Assembly (NCBI RefSeq): GCF_000143415.4
Contig: NW_003314297.1
Span: forward strand, 1,356,461-1,420,460
Length of the DNA: 64,000 nucleotides
Source of the DNA: Selaginella moellendorffii
Lineage: Eukaryota; Plantae; Lycopodiophyta
Direction: 5' to 3'
This document shows, piece by piece, positions 24,615 to 37,173 of this stretch. The notes under the pieces are model-generated. The model was not told the origin of the DNA. It ran no database searches and was given only the letters and a program-made list of their open reading frames with translations. Made by a program: the position numbers and the translations under genes. Each line of letters begins with the position of its first letter. The first letter of the stretch is position 1.

Positions 24615-24978
24615 CTATGAAAATCAAATGTAGAAGACACACACTTACTAGCACTGTAAAAATGCCTTAAAGTGTGATCCATGAAAGCAGTAGACTTTTC
24701 GTATGACCAAACCTTCGGCAAAGCTCTTCCTTTCTTCTTCTTTGCAACCTCAATAGCTGCTTCTGACTTCTCAAATTATAACTTTGCCATCAAGATATTA
24801 GTATTGTTGAATCAGCATAAATTTACTCTCTAATGGATTCACTCTTTCTAAAAAACTCTCTCAACACATCCACTGAAGTTCGGGACGGTTCGGAAAATTC
24901 CGAACCTTAGCCTACTTTTCAATTGCCATATCCATTCGCTGCAAGCTGTGCATTGTGATGAATTGAATAATTTCTCTT

Positions 24979-27900
24979 CTACTTGTATCTGTTTTTAAAC
25001 AGATTATGCCGCTTGTTGGGGTCACGTGATTTTCCTCGTGAACCACCACCACCACCACCACCAGTGCTGCATGCAAAACATTCAGCAAGAAAACATAGAC
25101 TAGTTGATCTGGATTACCTGAATTCTGTATATAATCTGCCTTTGCCACCAGACATCGCACTCATGGATCCTGCACTGCGATGAATTTTCAAGTTGGTGAT
25201 ATCATCTGCATCGTGTTCCAGTTTCTCGACACCAACAGCATCTTCCCCCGCATTTAACACCTGTTAACAGCATTCAATCAATTTTTATGTTTGTGCAGCA
25301 AACCATACCTTTGACAATAGATCCATTTGATCTTGTAGCTTACTGTAACCCAAGTCTTCGCCACTATCAGGTGGTGGCAAATTCGTAAGGACCTGCATGC
25401 ATATCCTAAAAATAATGAAACAAGAGTAAACATAGGTGGATCTTCTAACCTTGAAACTATATCCCTGGTCGATTAGAAACTGCTGCCTCTTAGATGAATA
25501 GTACATCTCCTGCAATGCCAAGGGCTCAATTGCATGTCAGGTGCAGCAAAATCTCACCTGTGTATCTGTGGAGACCAAGGAGTAAAAGAAAGCATTGTAC
25601 TCTTCTGAGCCACCTCTTACTCGGTCACTTGGTTTTCCCTGACCATCATATTGAGGGGTGAAAACAAAAAAGAAATGGAAGGAAACCTTTGCTCTTAAAA
25701 TTCGTCCCAGCCGTTGTGCTTCCTGCCGTCTAGAACCAGCATGTGATGATATCTGGATGATCACATTTGCCTCTGGTATGTCGATTGAATTATCTCCAAC
25801 CTGTAAAACATATGTAACCAACCGGCCATGCAAACCGATATTTTAATACAAACCTTTGACAGAAAAATAGTGTTCACATCAGGACTGTGCTTGAAGGCAT
25901 ATAAAATCTTTGTCCGTTCGTGATGACTGGAAAGGAACACCACAAAGTCAACTTTGTAAAATGGTGTTGGTGATATAAGTACCTTGTAGGACCATATATG
26001 AAAGGCTTCTTCAGTTTAGTGGCATACTCTCGCAAAGCAAAAAGATTATCAGAGAAAACTATAATCTTATCACCACGCTGCTGCTCATGAAAGCGAACAA
26101 GAAATTCACAAGCTCGAAACTTGTTTGGGTTCATGACATATAAAGCCTGTTACAAAATGATTGTAACTTAGTATTATATGTGATTAATAAAAAGAAAAAA
26201 ATGACATAACTACATTTTAAGAACATTACCTGCTGTTTCTTGTTTTCCTTCTTCAGATACTCTGCATAAAACTCTTTCGTCATGGGACACCAGACCTCCG
26301 CGCACTGAACGTTGGCAATGTAGCCATTTTTCACGAGGTCTAGCCAGTTTGCTTCGTAAAGTTTTGGACCAATCAGAAAGTTCAAATCAGTAATACGCTC
26401 ATCCTCTCTCACAAGGGTGGCTGAAACAAAAACACTCAGGTGAGATTCACAGTAAGATAAGCTATGCGCAAACCAGTTAGTCCAAGCTTGCAGTGCGACT
26501 TGGTGATGCTAATCACTTTTCGAAACATATGGGCTGGCACGACATGCACCTATACGAAATATTAGCAATCCTTGCAAAAGATGGATTTCAACTCTACCTC
26601 GTCCATAAGAAGCAAGCCCCATTCACGGCTTCTTATGAGCTCAATCACTTTCTCAGACTCTTCCGATCTCTTTCCCTTGAAAGCGACCATATTGTAAGTG
26701 GTAACAATAACGCATGCGTTTCCTTTGAATTTGTCTTTGCTGTCTGATGTGAATCTGCAAATCTGATCGTCACGAATGGTCGACCAGAGCTTGAACTGAA
26801 ACGCCCATTGATCCACGGACACGGCGTTAGTGGCCAAGCAGAGACAGCTCCTTCGAATGCGGCATGCTGCAGATACTCCAACGAGTGATTTACCAGCTCC
26901 ACAAGGAAGAACAATTATTCCCGACCTCGCACGACCTACAAAAGACAGATCAATACCGGGCAAAAAAGAATTTCAAAACTTCTGTGCACCATTTCCAAAC
27001 ATCTTGCTCAGGCTCTTTTCTTGATACGGCCGAGGTTGAGCCTGAGGTTTGAGCTCGATACTCAACTCAGGATTTACCTGGAAGCGCAAAAGTTAGCATC
27101 AAATGCAAAAAGAGAATGAAGTTTTGAGTACCGTATCATTTCTAAAGTCGTATTCTTCAAGCAATGGATAACTCAAATCAGGTGACAGGCAGCGCTGTTT
27201 TACAAGCTCCACCTGCAAATGGACGGCACATCGTGAGATCTTGTCATGAGCAGAAACAACCTCACCTGATCTGGATCGATTTCAAAAGAGTGAACTTTTC
27301 GCTCCTCCGCTACTTCACCCGTCAGAGACTCCAAGTCTGTCGGTAGGCTCTCGGCAACAACAGATATCTGCGACTTTGAATTTCCTGAGCCATTCTGATA
27401 CAGGCCAAGAATCTAGCTCACCTGAGTCGTGTTGAATATCCTCGCTCGGGCGATAACAGGGTCGTTCAAGAATTTCTTAAATATCTGTAGCAGCCGTTTA
27501 CGAAAAAGATGAGAGTGCCTGAAGGCTGAACGTTCAGCATGTACCTCTTCATTCGGCGACTCAATAAAGTAGCGATTTTTTTGAAGAACGAGCTTGGCTT
27601 TTCCACAATTGAGAGTTGCTTTCCGGATGAAATCCAACACTGTCGATGGCAACTTGGCTTTGGACAGGCGCTCGAGCACGGTGATCACGGCGGACGTTTC
27701 CAAACCAAACGATACGGCAGCGTAGAGAGAATGTGGAGTGAGGTTGTACTCGTGCATATGCTCTGGCCTACAGAAATCACAAAAAATAAATAAATAAATA
27801 ACAGTTCGTTCGCTCACTCCCACAGGCTGAGAAAAAAAGTTTTACCTGCACACTGGCTCCGCAACCGCAATGAGAAAATCGTAAGCTTGCTTGTAGAGCG

Positions 27901-28175
27901 GGGAGAAAGTCTCGAGAAAAATTCGACCATCGCAGCCGACAAGGATCGGCCGCCTGTCATGGTCCGATTTCAGCTCGAGCGCGCTGAAATCCTTTTGTTT
28001 CGTGTTTTCTTCTGGCTCTTCTGCGAACAAGAGCAGGAATTAGAGACGCAACACCGATGAAAACACCGGAATTACCCTCCTCCGCCTCGATGTACTCGAC
28101 ATCATCATCGGCTGCGATCGGCGCCGCGATTTCTTGTGACGCCTTTCTCTGTTTCTTGCTGGGGCGATCGCTCAT
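24979..28175 (-). CDS. XPB: TFIIH DNA helicase subunit XPB (ERCC3/RAD25)
   Basis: [46 protein letters not shown] (RED motif), [19 protein letters not shown], last exon [15 protein letters not shown]. Confidence 0.96.
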
Positions 28176-28323
28176 CAAGAACCCTAAGCTAAGGTTTATC
28201 GCTCCTTTTATACGCATTTAAAAAACAAACCATTTACCATCCGACGGCTGTCACTAGCTAGATCCTGCGGCCCACAAAGCTACAAATTTAAAAAAGGTCT
28301 AGGAATTCCTCTAATTCTGGTTT

Positions 28324-28395
28324 TGCTTGGCTGGGAATCGAGCCGGGATCAATGGGTCTTGAGGGACATGTGATAGCCACATAGAACAAACACTA
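28324..28395 (-). pseudogene. Degenerate tRNA-like sequence
   Basis: Minus strand ...TGGCTATCACATG...GATCCCGGCTCGATTCCCAGCCAAGCA resembles a tRNA T-arm/B-box, but the stems are broken. Confidence 0.35.
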
Positions 28396-28468
28396 AAACC
28401 ATTAATAACTGTGTCAATGCCAAGGACTTAAAAGTAACTGAGACGAGTGTAAGGAATATTCGTTTCTC

Positions 28469-28482
28469 TAGGGTTTAGGGTT
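28469..28482 (-). promoter_or_regulatory. Tandem telo-box upstream of NOP53
   Basis: TAGGGTTTAGGGTT; similar motifs at ~16685-16698, 35816-35824, 37165-37173 and 47800-47808. Confidence 0.6.
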
Positions 28483-28492
28483 GTGCGGAAGA

Positions 28493-30263
28493 ATGGGCAA
28501 GGCAAAGACGTCGAGGAAGGGGAAGAAGGCGTGGCGGCGTAACATCCCCACGAACGATCTAGAAGAGCTTGTTGAGCGGTCTGGGCGCGAGGAGCGTAGC
28601 GGCGGCGCTCTTCTCGGCTCTGTTTCCAACGATTCTCTCTTCTTTGTCGACAAATCGGGAGGTAATAGCTCGGGGATTATGCCGCATTTTGCTTCTCGAA
28701 GCCTTGTGTAGATGAGAGCGTGCGAAGGAAGATCGATCGGCACAGGGACAAAGTTTTGCACTGTGACAGCGTGCTCCAGAGAAGCTCGCTGGTGCCAGCG
28801 CTTCCAGCATCGAACAAGCGCAAGCTCAAAGATAGGGATTTAGCAAAGCGTCCTCAAAAACGCAACAAGGTTCCTCGTAGCGAAGTAAGTTTTTTTTCCT
28901 ACAGTAAGCACTTGATAGAATGAAGTTTACTCTTAGGCAGGAAAAGATGCAGCAAAACAAAATGGTCCCTTTGATCTCTGGGAAGGTAACTTGGTTTCTC
29001 TTTGTTAGCTTGTTTTGACGTCTTGATTGATTTGGCAGAGGATGAAGCTATCAAATCCAAATGGGCGAAGGTGTGTAGCTCTTTCATAACAATGTGAAGC
29101 TTTTACTTAGTCTTGTGTGTATACATTGCAGCATCTGGCTCGTTTCGGAAACACAGCTTTACCAAATGCTCCAGCAGTGGAGATCGATGCGCCCGGATGT
29201 TCTTTCAATCCGACGTATGAGGATCATCAGGTTGATATCACTCTTCCTTAATTTTATTTTTATTTTTAAGTTCGGTTTTGTGTATTAGGAAGCATTAGGT
29301 GCAGCTGTTGCTCAAGAAATGCAACAAGTCTATAAGAAAGAATTGGAACCCGAACCAATACCTTTGCAAGTCCCTGGCAGTGTAATCGATGAAGAGGACA
29401 TGTATTTCATTGAAGCTGATCAGGACGATAACGATGGAGACACTGTTCAAGAGGATGAAGATGCTGTTTCCAGGTTGAGAAAATACAGATTTTTCTTGCT
29501 CAAACATTGATATTTTTCAGGGCGATCAAAGTCAAGAAACTCACAAGAACTGATCTTAACAAGAAAGCAAGGAAGAAAGAGATGCTAAAGCAGGAAGCCA
29601 TGAGAAAGGAGCAGGCCAGGTTAATGGAGGAGATAAACAGGTTTTTAAAATGCAAGTTTAGATCTCTCTTTCTAAGTTTGTTCTTGTTCTCAGACTTCCA
29701 GAAATCAAGGAGGCCATCCAAGTCGAGGATGAAGAGAAAAAAAAGATATGGACTCGACGCATGGTTTCGAAAAAGGAACGGCAAGCCAATTGTCCACCAC
29801 GACTGGGAAAGCACAAGTAAGTCCCTTGAATGGAAGCTTTCTTCTCCAGCAGTAGCACTCACTAAAATCTCTTTGACAGGTTCAAGCCAGACTCTGTGAA
29901 AGTCCTGCTTTCTGAGGAAGTCACTGGATCATTGCGAAAACTAAAGGTAATTGTTGCAAACTGTAGTGGGACTAAATTTTCTATCGATGCCAGGGATGCT
30001 ACTCTTTGCTTCGAGAGAGATACAAGAGCTTGCAGCGGCGAGGACTCGTGGAACCTCGGGTTCCTGTCAAGTAAGATCACTAGAAAATAAAATTCTTGGT
30101 ACTCACATTTTGTTCTCATTGTTTTTCCAGGAAGAAAGTGGCAAAGATGTGGGTGAACTACGAGAGTGGCACGAAGGGAGCCAAAGAACGAGAAACACAC
30201 GCAAGTATGGTGGCCGAAAGAGAAGCGAGAAAACACGCTTTAGCTGTTCTTCCTGTAAAATAA
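28493..30263 (+). CDS. NOP53: Ribosome biogenesis protein NOP53 (GLTSCR2)
   Basis: SRKGKKAWRRNI, LFFVDK (AIM-like motif), PGCSFNP, PPRLGKHK, VLLSEEVTGSLRKLK, RYKSLQRRGLVEPR. Confidence 0.92.
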
Positions 30264-30399
30264 AAAAGTTTTGGGATTGTTGCCCTAAAGTTTGGGAGAT
30301 TTGCCGGTGAGTCCGTCTCTTCGCGACCGCAATGGCGCTCGTTTCGTTTCCCTCTGGGATCAATGCTCGGCCTCGCAGGTAGCAAGTGATCCTCCAGGC

Positions 30400-31062
30400 A
30401 TGGCGCAAGTCGCGATTGACGCCAATGGCGTGGAATCCGCGAAGAAGAACCGGATTCAGGTGTCCAACACCAAGAAGCCGCTCTTCTTCTATGTCAATCT
30501 CGCAAAGGTACACAGATTTCTCGCTCTTTGTCTCGCTTCCTCGCGATTTAGCGCTCCAATGCGATGGGAAATTCTTGTTCCTGGCAGAGATTTATGCAGC
30601 AATACAATGAGGTTGAGCTCTCGGCCCTGGGAATGGGTATGTTCTCTCATACCCTCTTTTTTTTCTTGATTCTAAATCGTTTTGTTTCCATGTGTTTGCA
30701 GCAATCGCTACAGTGGTCACCGTGGTGGAAATTCTCAAGAACAATGGTCTCGCCGTGGAGAAGAGTAAATTCCTCTTTAACCTTTTCCTCCTCGGTGTGT
30801 TATTCAAACAACGCTCTTTCAGGAATATCGACCTCCACTATCGACATAGGCGATGAAACTCGGGGACGATCGGTCCAGAAAGCGAAGGTATGGAAGTTTG
30901 TGCTTGTTTCTCACGCTAAAACTTCTTCTTTTCTCTCGTCTCTCTGCGATTTTGTCACAGATGGAAATCGTTCTCACAAAGTCTGCACAGTTCGACGAGA
31001 TCATGGCGGCCGCGGCTGCGGATGAAAACGGAGGTGCGCCCGAGCACATGGAAGGAGAGTGA
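30400..31062 (+). CDS. Alba DNA/RNA-binding protein (Rpp20-like)
   Basis: KKNRIQVSNTKKPLFFYVNLAK|RFMQQYNEVELSALGM|AIATVVTVVEILKNNG...VQKAK|MEIVLTKS. Confidence 0.93.
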
Positions 31063-31210
31063 GAAGAAAACGATCCAAACAACCAAAGAGGCTTTGTATT
31101 TTGAATTTTGTGTGGTAACTTTTTGCTAATAGCTGTTTTTCTTCGATCATTCCTCTTCTTAAGCTTGAAAGATAATTTTTTTGACAGGACTTAAGCTACA
31201 ACGAGATAAC

Positions 31211-32430
31211 TTAATCTTGGAACATGAGTGAAATCCCGGCCAGTGTCAACCACACTGTGACAGCCACCCAGAAGTATGGGCTCTTTTCCCATTTCGGAGG
31301 ATTCCACTCGATCCAATCCTCCGATTTTTTCTGGGACTTTTTGCCGCTGCTGCTCGCCAGGCGCTGCTTACGCTCTCGGGCCATCTGGCTCCAAGTTTTT
31401 TGCGAGCTGCCAAGGATCATTCATCAGTAACGAGGAAAAAAGAGTGGCCAAACCTTTGAGAGTACGCATCAATCAGAGGGATTGTCACTCGCTCATTGCT
31501 GGAGATTTTGAGCTTGGGTGCTTCGAGAATGTAGCGGAGATCAGCAGCTTGTCTCCGGATCGCCTTGTTGGGATGAGAGCTCTCGAGCCGCTTGTAGAGG
31601 CTAATGCAGTCGTCGTGACGATTGTGAGCCTCGTATGCCATTGCCAGCCAGATTTGGATCTGTCTTAAAAGAGTTCCCGAAAGTTAGTTCCAAAGTTCAC
31701 GAAAGTTCACGCAAGAACAAGCTTCCAAAGTTCGCGGAAGAAAGTTTAGCTTGAAGAAACAAAGCCAAAGGAGATTTACCTCGCCTCCAAGGTTGGATGC
31801 CTTGGGAACGTTTGTCAATGCAGCTTCCAGAAATTCCACTGCTTTGCCATAGCTTCCTTTGCCATAAGCTCGTTGTCCAAGATCAAACATCACCGCAGCT
31901 TGCTTTCGCTGCTGGGCCTGTTCTTTAGCTCTCTGGAGAGGAACCATAGAAAAATCAAACATCCTTAAAAATAAAATCTGAGAATGACTTACACGAGCGA
32001 GCTCCTCTTGGAACTTTGCAGCCCTCTCTTTCGTGTCGCCCTCCAATTCCTTTTCCAGCCTCTCGGCCTCCGCCACGAGCTCTTGCATTTGCTGGATTTC
32101 ATCCAGCTTCTTCTTGTTCTCCTCACTCTCCCAGAACCCGGGAGCGTTCTCATCCGCCTTGGATTCTTGTTCCTCCTCCTCGCCATCGCCATCGCCATCG
32201 CCATCGCCATCGTCATTGCTCGGCGAATCTGGTGAAAAGCCGCTGCAATGCAGCACGAAACCTAGTCTTCTCGTCCTCCTCCCTCTCCGGCTGAATGCGT
32301 TCCTCAATCCAGCGCCACGGGAGATTGGCGCCCTGCCCGAGCAACTGGGCGAAGGATTGCATTCGTCCAGCAGCGCATCGGGAACCCTGGCGTAGAAGCT
32401 GTGACACGCCGGAAGGACCAATATGCCCAT
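31211..32430 (-). CDS. Plastid-targeted TPR-like protein with C-terminal membrane anchor
   Basis: Transit-like N-terminus; MFDLGQRAYGKGSYGKAVEFLE...LGGE|IQIWLAMAYEAHNRHDDCISLY...ILEAPKLKIS; hydrophobic C-terminus. Confidence 0.82.
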
Positions 32431-32903
32431 CCTCCGAGTGAATTGAAGAGCCCTAATTCCAGCAGTACCTGCAAGAAAGAGAAGTGGATCTCGCCAAGAG
32501 GAGGAGGCGATCGATCCATCGATTGATCCATCGCGTCGCCCCTGCCGCCGCGCAAGATCATCCAGCGATGGATTTTCAAATGCCCAGTTGGGGCATTTGC
32601 CCACCGAATATGCTTGGAATGTTACTTTCGCCTAACAAGTATATTCCTCGTGTTTCGTTGAATGGAGGAAACAGTGTGGGAAAGGAGGCGCAGTACGCGG
32701 CGTGAGTGGTAGAATAGGGTGTGATTCGATTTGCGGGCCACCGACGCGGCGCTCGATCGCCTGCGTTGGATCCAGCTCCCGCGCATTGTCCTCCTTCGAT
32801 CTTGCCGGGCCGCGCGATCGATCCGGGCGATTGGCGATCTCGCCTCGTGATCCCTGCCAGGGTTTCGGGTTTCGAGGTCTGTGACCCTTGGAGCTTTTCC
32901 GCG

Positions 32904-34969
32904 ATGAGGTACAATTGGCACAGAGTCGCCGAGAGTGGGCCTCTTCCATTGCGATTCCGCCACGGCCTGGTTGGCACCACAGACAACTCCGCGAGGATCT
33001 CTATGGTGAAGTTTAGGCTCCAAATTTCGATGCGCTTGATATTTTCTTCTCTGATTTTGTCATTCTTTCTCTTTTTGCCTTTTTTAGGTGTATGCCATTG
33101 GTAGAAATGAAGAGAACAAGGATCTGGAAGTGTTTGAACTGGACAGCAATCTAGAAAGCTGGAACAAAGTTCCTTTTCTTTTTGAGAACGAGCTCGCTAG
33201 GAAAGCGTTGACAAGTAGACAACAAGAGTTTTTACTTGCAGGTTCTTCTTTCGAGAAGTGTCTCATCATAAATTTGCTGACTTCTTTTTTGCCTTCTCTA
33301 GGAGCTGGATCTTCCATCTACATGATCGAGAGAACTTCGAGCTCTGGCAAGGTGAGCAAGAATGCTACTGCATTTTGATAGAGCATCCGAAGCTTGCATT
33401 TCATGTGCTTCAGGCTGGAAATGTTTCAGGGTGCCACGCTACTCAAGTTCGACACGGTGGAGCACAAGTGGTGCACGAAAAATGTATCTGGACGCTCTGC
33501 GGAGGCATCAGAAGTTGTAGCAGCTGCAACTGCCGGTGAAAAGATTGTAAGAGTTTGGAGTTGTAGCTCTGATCTTTATCGTGAGTTTGTGTCAGGTTTT
33601 GCTCGGTGACAACGAGCTTTCGACTGACGTTTATTTATTGGACACCATCAACAATCGATGGACTGCTCCAAAGATTTTAGGAACCCCGCCCTGTCCACGG
33701 GATGGGTTCTCGTGTCTGACACTGGAAAAGGACAGGTTGCTTGTTTACGATGACAAGGATAACTGGCTTCTAAAGGTACGTGTAGAGTACAATGACCAGA
33801 AGTGTCCTGTTCATGATCTATCGCTTGCTTGCAGATCGGTACACCACACGGACGAGCTGGGGAGGAAGTAATTTCTTGGGGTAAAGCCAGACGCGACACA
33901 CTGCCTATCGTCATCTGTGGTCCGTCCGGCGTTGGCAAAGGAACTCTGATAGCGAAGCTAATGCAAGAGTTCCCGGACAAGTTTGGATTCTCAGTCAGTC
34001 ACACAACAAGAAAGCCGCGAGAGAAAGAACTTGATGGTGTACACTACCATTTCACAAGCCGTGATAGCATGGAGCTTGCTGTCAACGAGGGGATGTTTCT
34101 GGAGCACGCCAACGTGCACGGGAACATGTATGGCACTAGCATTTCAGCGGTTGAAGCAGTCTCTGATGGAGGAAAGGTTGGACTTCTCCTACTTAAAGCT
34201 CTAGTTTTGGTGATTTGTTTTAACTCTGAGTTTCTCTGGCAGCGATGCATCCTGGACATTGATGTACAGGGAGCTAAGTCTGTGCGACAGAGCTCGATGG
34301 AAGCATTATTTATCTTCATATTGCCCCCATCTTTTGAAGAGCTGGAAAAGCGTCTTCGCGGGAGGTAAAATGGTTTTTAAGTTTTCGAGTGAACTCATAC
34401 TTTGAGAGTGTTTTCCAGGGGAACGGAGACAGAGGAACAAGTAATGAAGCGGCTTCAAAACGCAAAGCGAGAGCTTGAGCTCGGTAAAGACCCCTTTCTC
34501 TTTGACCATGTCTTAGTGAACGACGACCTTGAGTCCACCTACAAGCAGCTGAAGGTAACCGATCATCTTTCTTGCTAAAACAAACTGGCAACATTTCATC
34601 GCAGGGTATCCTTGGTCTCGTTGACGATGGTGCCGAAATCCCAGGTAGAAGTTTCCTTTTCTTTGTCTCTCGTCTGACAATCTATTCTTCCTTCTTGCAG
34701 CCTCCCGCAAACTCGTAACTGGACTCAAACCAGAAAATGACCATATGAAAGTGTAAGCTTTCTTCAAAGCTTGAAATTTTTTCCACTCAAAAAACTCTGC
34801 TTTCAGGCATTTGGTGGATGTTTCGCCCGGTTTTACCAAATGGCAGCCGGTAGAAGCCAGCGAAAAACAAATACCCTGCAAGTACACTAACGCGCTTCAC
34901 CTCAGCGACTTAGAGATTCTCATGACGGCAAACGATGGCGAGAGCATCGTTGTGAGGCTGGGGAAGTAG
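32904..34969 (+). CDS. GK: Cytosolic-type guanylate kinase with N-terminal Kelch-like region
   Basis: [53 protein letters not shown]; Kelch-like exons ([16 protein letters not shown]); start codon tentative. Confidence 0.9.
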
Positions 34970-35008
34970 CAAACTTATATTCCGCTTCTTGCTAGGAACC
35001 AATTTTGT

Positions 35009-35716
35009 TCACTGACCAGTTTCCTCGTGACCATTCACAACAACAGGCCGAGAATTTGCGTATCCTAGCAGCAGTCTCCTACTCGGTGGCCTCTCACGAG
35101 TAAAAGCTCTCGTAGGAGGTGGTGGCTTCTTCCTCCTCGCAACATTTCTCTTCCCAGGTGATGTTCTCTGTAGCTTCCCAGGATCAGGCTGCTCGAGCAC
35201 CTCCGAATTCTCTTGGTTCTCGCGCCGCTGGCGAGAAGCTCGGATTTTTCCAGGCGAGAAGGACCAGTCGACCCGGCTGGGATCGAAGAGGTTGGCTCGG
35301 AGCTTGGTGTTGGCGACGCGGAAGCTCCGGACGAGCCACATCGTCTCTTCGGCGTCCTCCATGGTGGGACACTCGCAGTAAGCGTAGCCCACCGATTGCT
35401 GGGATGGCCCCCTCGAGACGAAGTCCCAGCGCTCCACGCCCGGGAGGCGCGCCATGAGGAAGTTAAACTCGCGGCGCTTCACAGTGAGAGGGATGTTCCA
35501 GACGCAAATGAGAATGGAGCCACACTCGCTCTCGTGGCCCTCTTTGTTTGTTCTACGCCATGGCGCTGGATCCTTGGCAGACCTGGAGCTGCTTGAATCG
35601 TCGGGAAATCTCTCCAGTCGCTGGCCCAGCGAGGCCGTGGCGACTCGAAATCGACGAGGATTGGCGATGATTCGTCCGCCCGGCAGAGCATTCGCGTGAA
35701 GAACTATTCCGAGCAT
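35009..35716 (-). CDS. Single-RRM protein with putative plastid transit peptide
   Basis: RNP2-like ICVWNIP and RNP1-like VGYAYCEC...EDAEE; basic C-terminal tail; intronless. Confidence 0.7.
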   Translation of the reverse strand: MLGIVLHANALPGGRIIANPRRFRVATASLGQRLERFPDDSSSSRSAKDPAPWRRTNKEGHESECGSILICVWNIPLTVKRREFNFLMARLPGVERWDFVSRGPSQQSVGYAYCECPTMEDAEETMWLVRSFRVANTKLRANLFDPSRVDWSFSPGKIRASRQRRENQENSEVLEQPDPGKLQRTSPGKRNVARRKKPPPPTRAFTRERPPSRRLLLGYANSRPVVVNGHEETGQ

Positions 35717-35835
35717 AGCTAGGGTCTTATACTGCAAAGTAAAACAAATTGTTATGGCTAATAAGACACAACTAATTTTCCAGAGACCTCTCCAAAAGCC
35801 CTAGAATTTCCCGAAAAACCCTAAATTTTGGAGCG

Positions 35836-36250
35836 ATGGCCAAGTCGCTGCGATCCAAGCGCAAGATGCGACTGAGGACGATCAAGCGGGAGATTGCGGA
35901 GCCGCACTTCGAGAAGAAGGAGCTAGAGAAGCAGGCGGCGCTCGAGGCGGCCATGGCGGCGCCCAAGGTGGAGGTGCGCCGCCGCGAGAGCAGCGCCATG
36001 GGTGAGTCTATACCGCATTTTGTAGCTCTTGCTTGTGCTCACAGCTGGGGATTTCTGGGGTTTTGTTTTTGTCTCTCCCGCAGAGATAGAAGAAGAGAAA
36101 GTGGAGGAGCAGGAGAAGAGCGGCGGTGGCGCAATGGAGACGGACATGATGGCGTCGTCTCTCAAGCCCAAGAAATCGATCAAGAAGAGGAGCAAGAGCA
36201 GAGGAAGGCTGAAAAAGGAGAAGCACAGGCAGAAGAAACTTAAGTTTTGA
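35836..36250 (+). CDS. LLPH: LLP homolog (Laps family), small basic nucleolar protein
   Basis: MAKSLRSKRKMRLR signature; one intron; Lys-rich tail. Confidence 0.8.
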
Positions 36251-36579
36251 AGGCTTAGCTCTCGGGATACTAGCGGTGACAAAATGAATCTTGGTCGGCT
36301 AGCTAAAAGTTTCTCCTTTTTTGTTTCTTCGCTATGGAAGTAAACCGAGAATTGTAATGACAAAATCATGTACTTGAAATTGTCATCGATCGGGTAATCT
36401 GTGACGGCAATGGCACCTGCTCCAAAAATTGGCAGCGCAATGAAACTACAGAAAGTTTAATACGAATTCTGCTAGACTTCTGGTTTTGACAAGATCGGGA
36501 CCAACGAAGTATCTCTAGAAGACATGTACAAAACCAATCCAAGGTGAGTGGCAACTCTCAACTGGAGAGTTTTCTCGTA

Positions 36580-36690
36580 CCTTGCAGAAGCGATACATGC
36601 ACGGCGCCCATGTATAAAATGTACACCTTTGGATCATCAAAACCTTGAGTTGCAATGCGTGCCAAGAGCAAGGAGGAGATAAGGAGGCGT
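36580..36690 (-). pseudogene. Possible subtilase N-terminal remnant (signal peptide + start of inhibitor I9)
   Basis: RLLISSLLLARIATQGFDDPKVYILYMGA resembles the VYIVYMG motif; no in-frame start and no catalytic domain. Confidence 0.35.
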
Positions 36691-37173
36691 TATCATTCAT
36701 GATATGAAAGGTTTTCTTGCAGGGAGCTCGGGATTGGCAATTGAGATATTCTGACAGCGCCATGGTTTTCTTACTCCGGGATTTCTTACTCTGGACAACT
36801 GGATTGCTTGCTTTTGTCAAGAAGAGGAAGTTGTGAAACGATGGGTCACTAAATCCCTGCGCAAGGCTCGCAAATCGCGGAAATAAGCAGCTCTCGAACA
36901 AAAGTATACAAAACACTTATTGGATCGGAATATGACTTATACTTCGAGACACACAGACGGGTCATCAGATGCATACTCTACAACCCAACAAGTTAACAGG
37001 TGTTTATTCACCACACTATTTAAATAGATAAAGTGCGCTTACGCTTGGGCAAGTGGGATAAGTGCATTGCCCTAGGTTTTGCCCTACTTAGCTTAGGTCA
37101 TGTTTAAATTTTAATTAACGAAAACAAAACAAAATACAAATACAAATGATAAAACCCTCGGGTTTTAGGGTTT

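Larger units (their letters stand above)
20000..24870. mobile_element. AT-rich, CG-depleted island of decayed transposon sequence
   Basis: Abrupt composition change, no intact ORFs, contains Harbinger transposase fragments. Confidence 0.75.

Noticed and set aside
34606-34613. GTATCCTT resembling a U12 intron donor
   Set aside because: Falls just after an AG acceptor, inside a guanylate kinase exon
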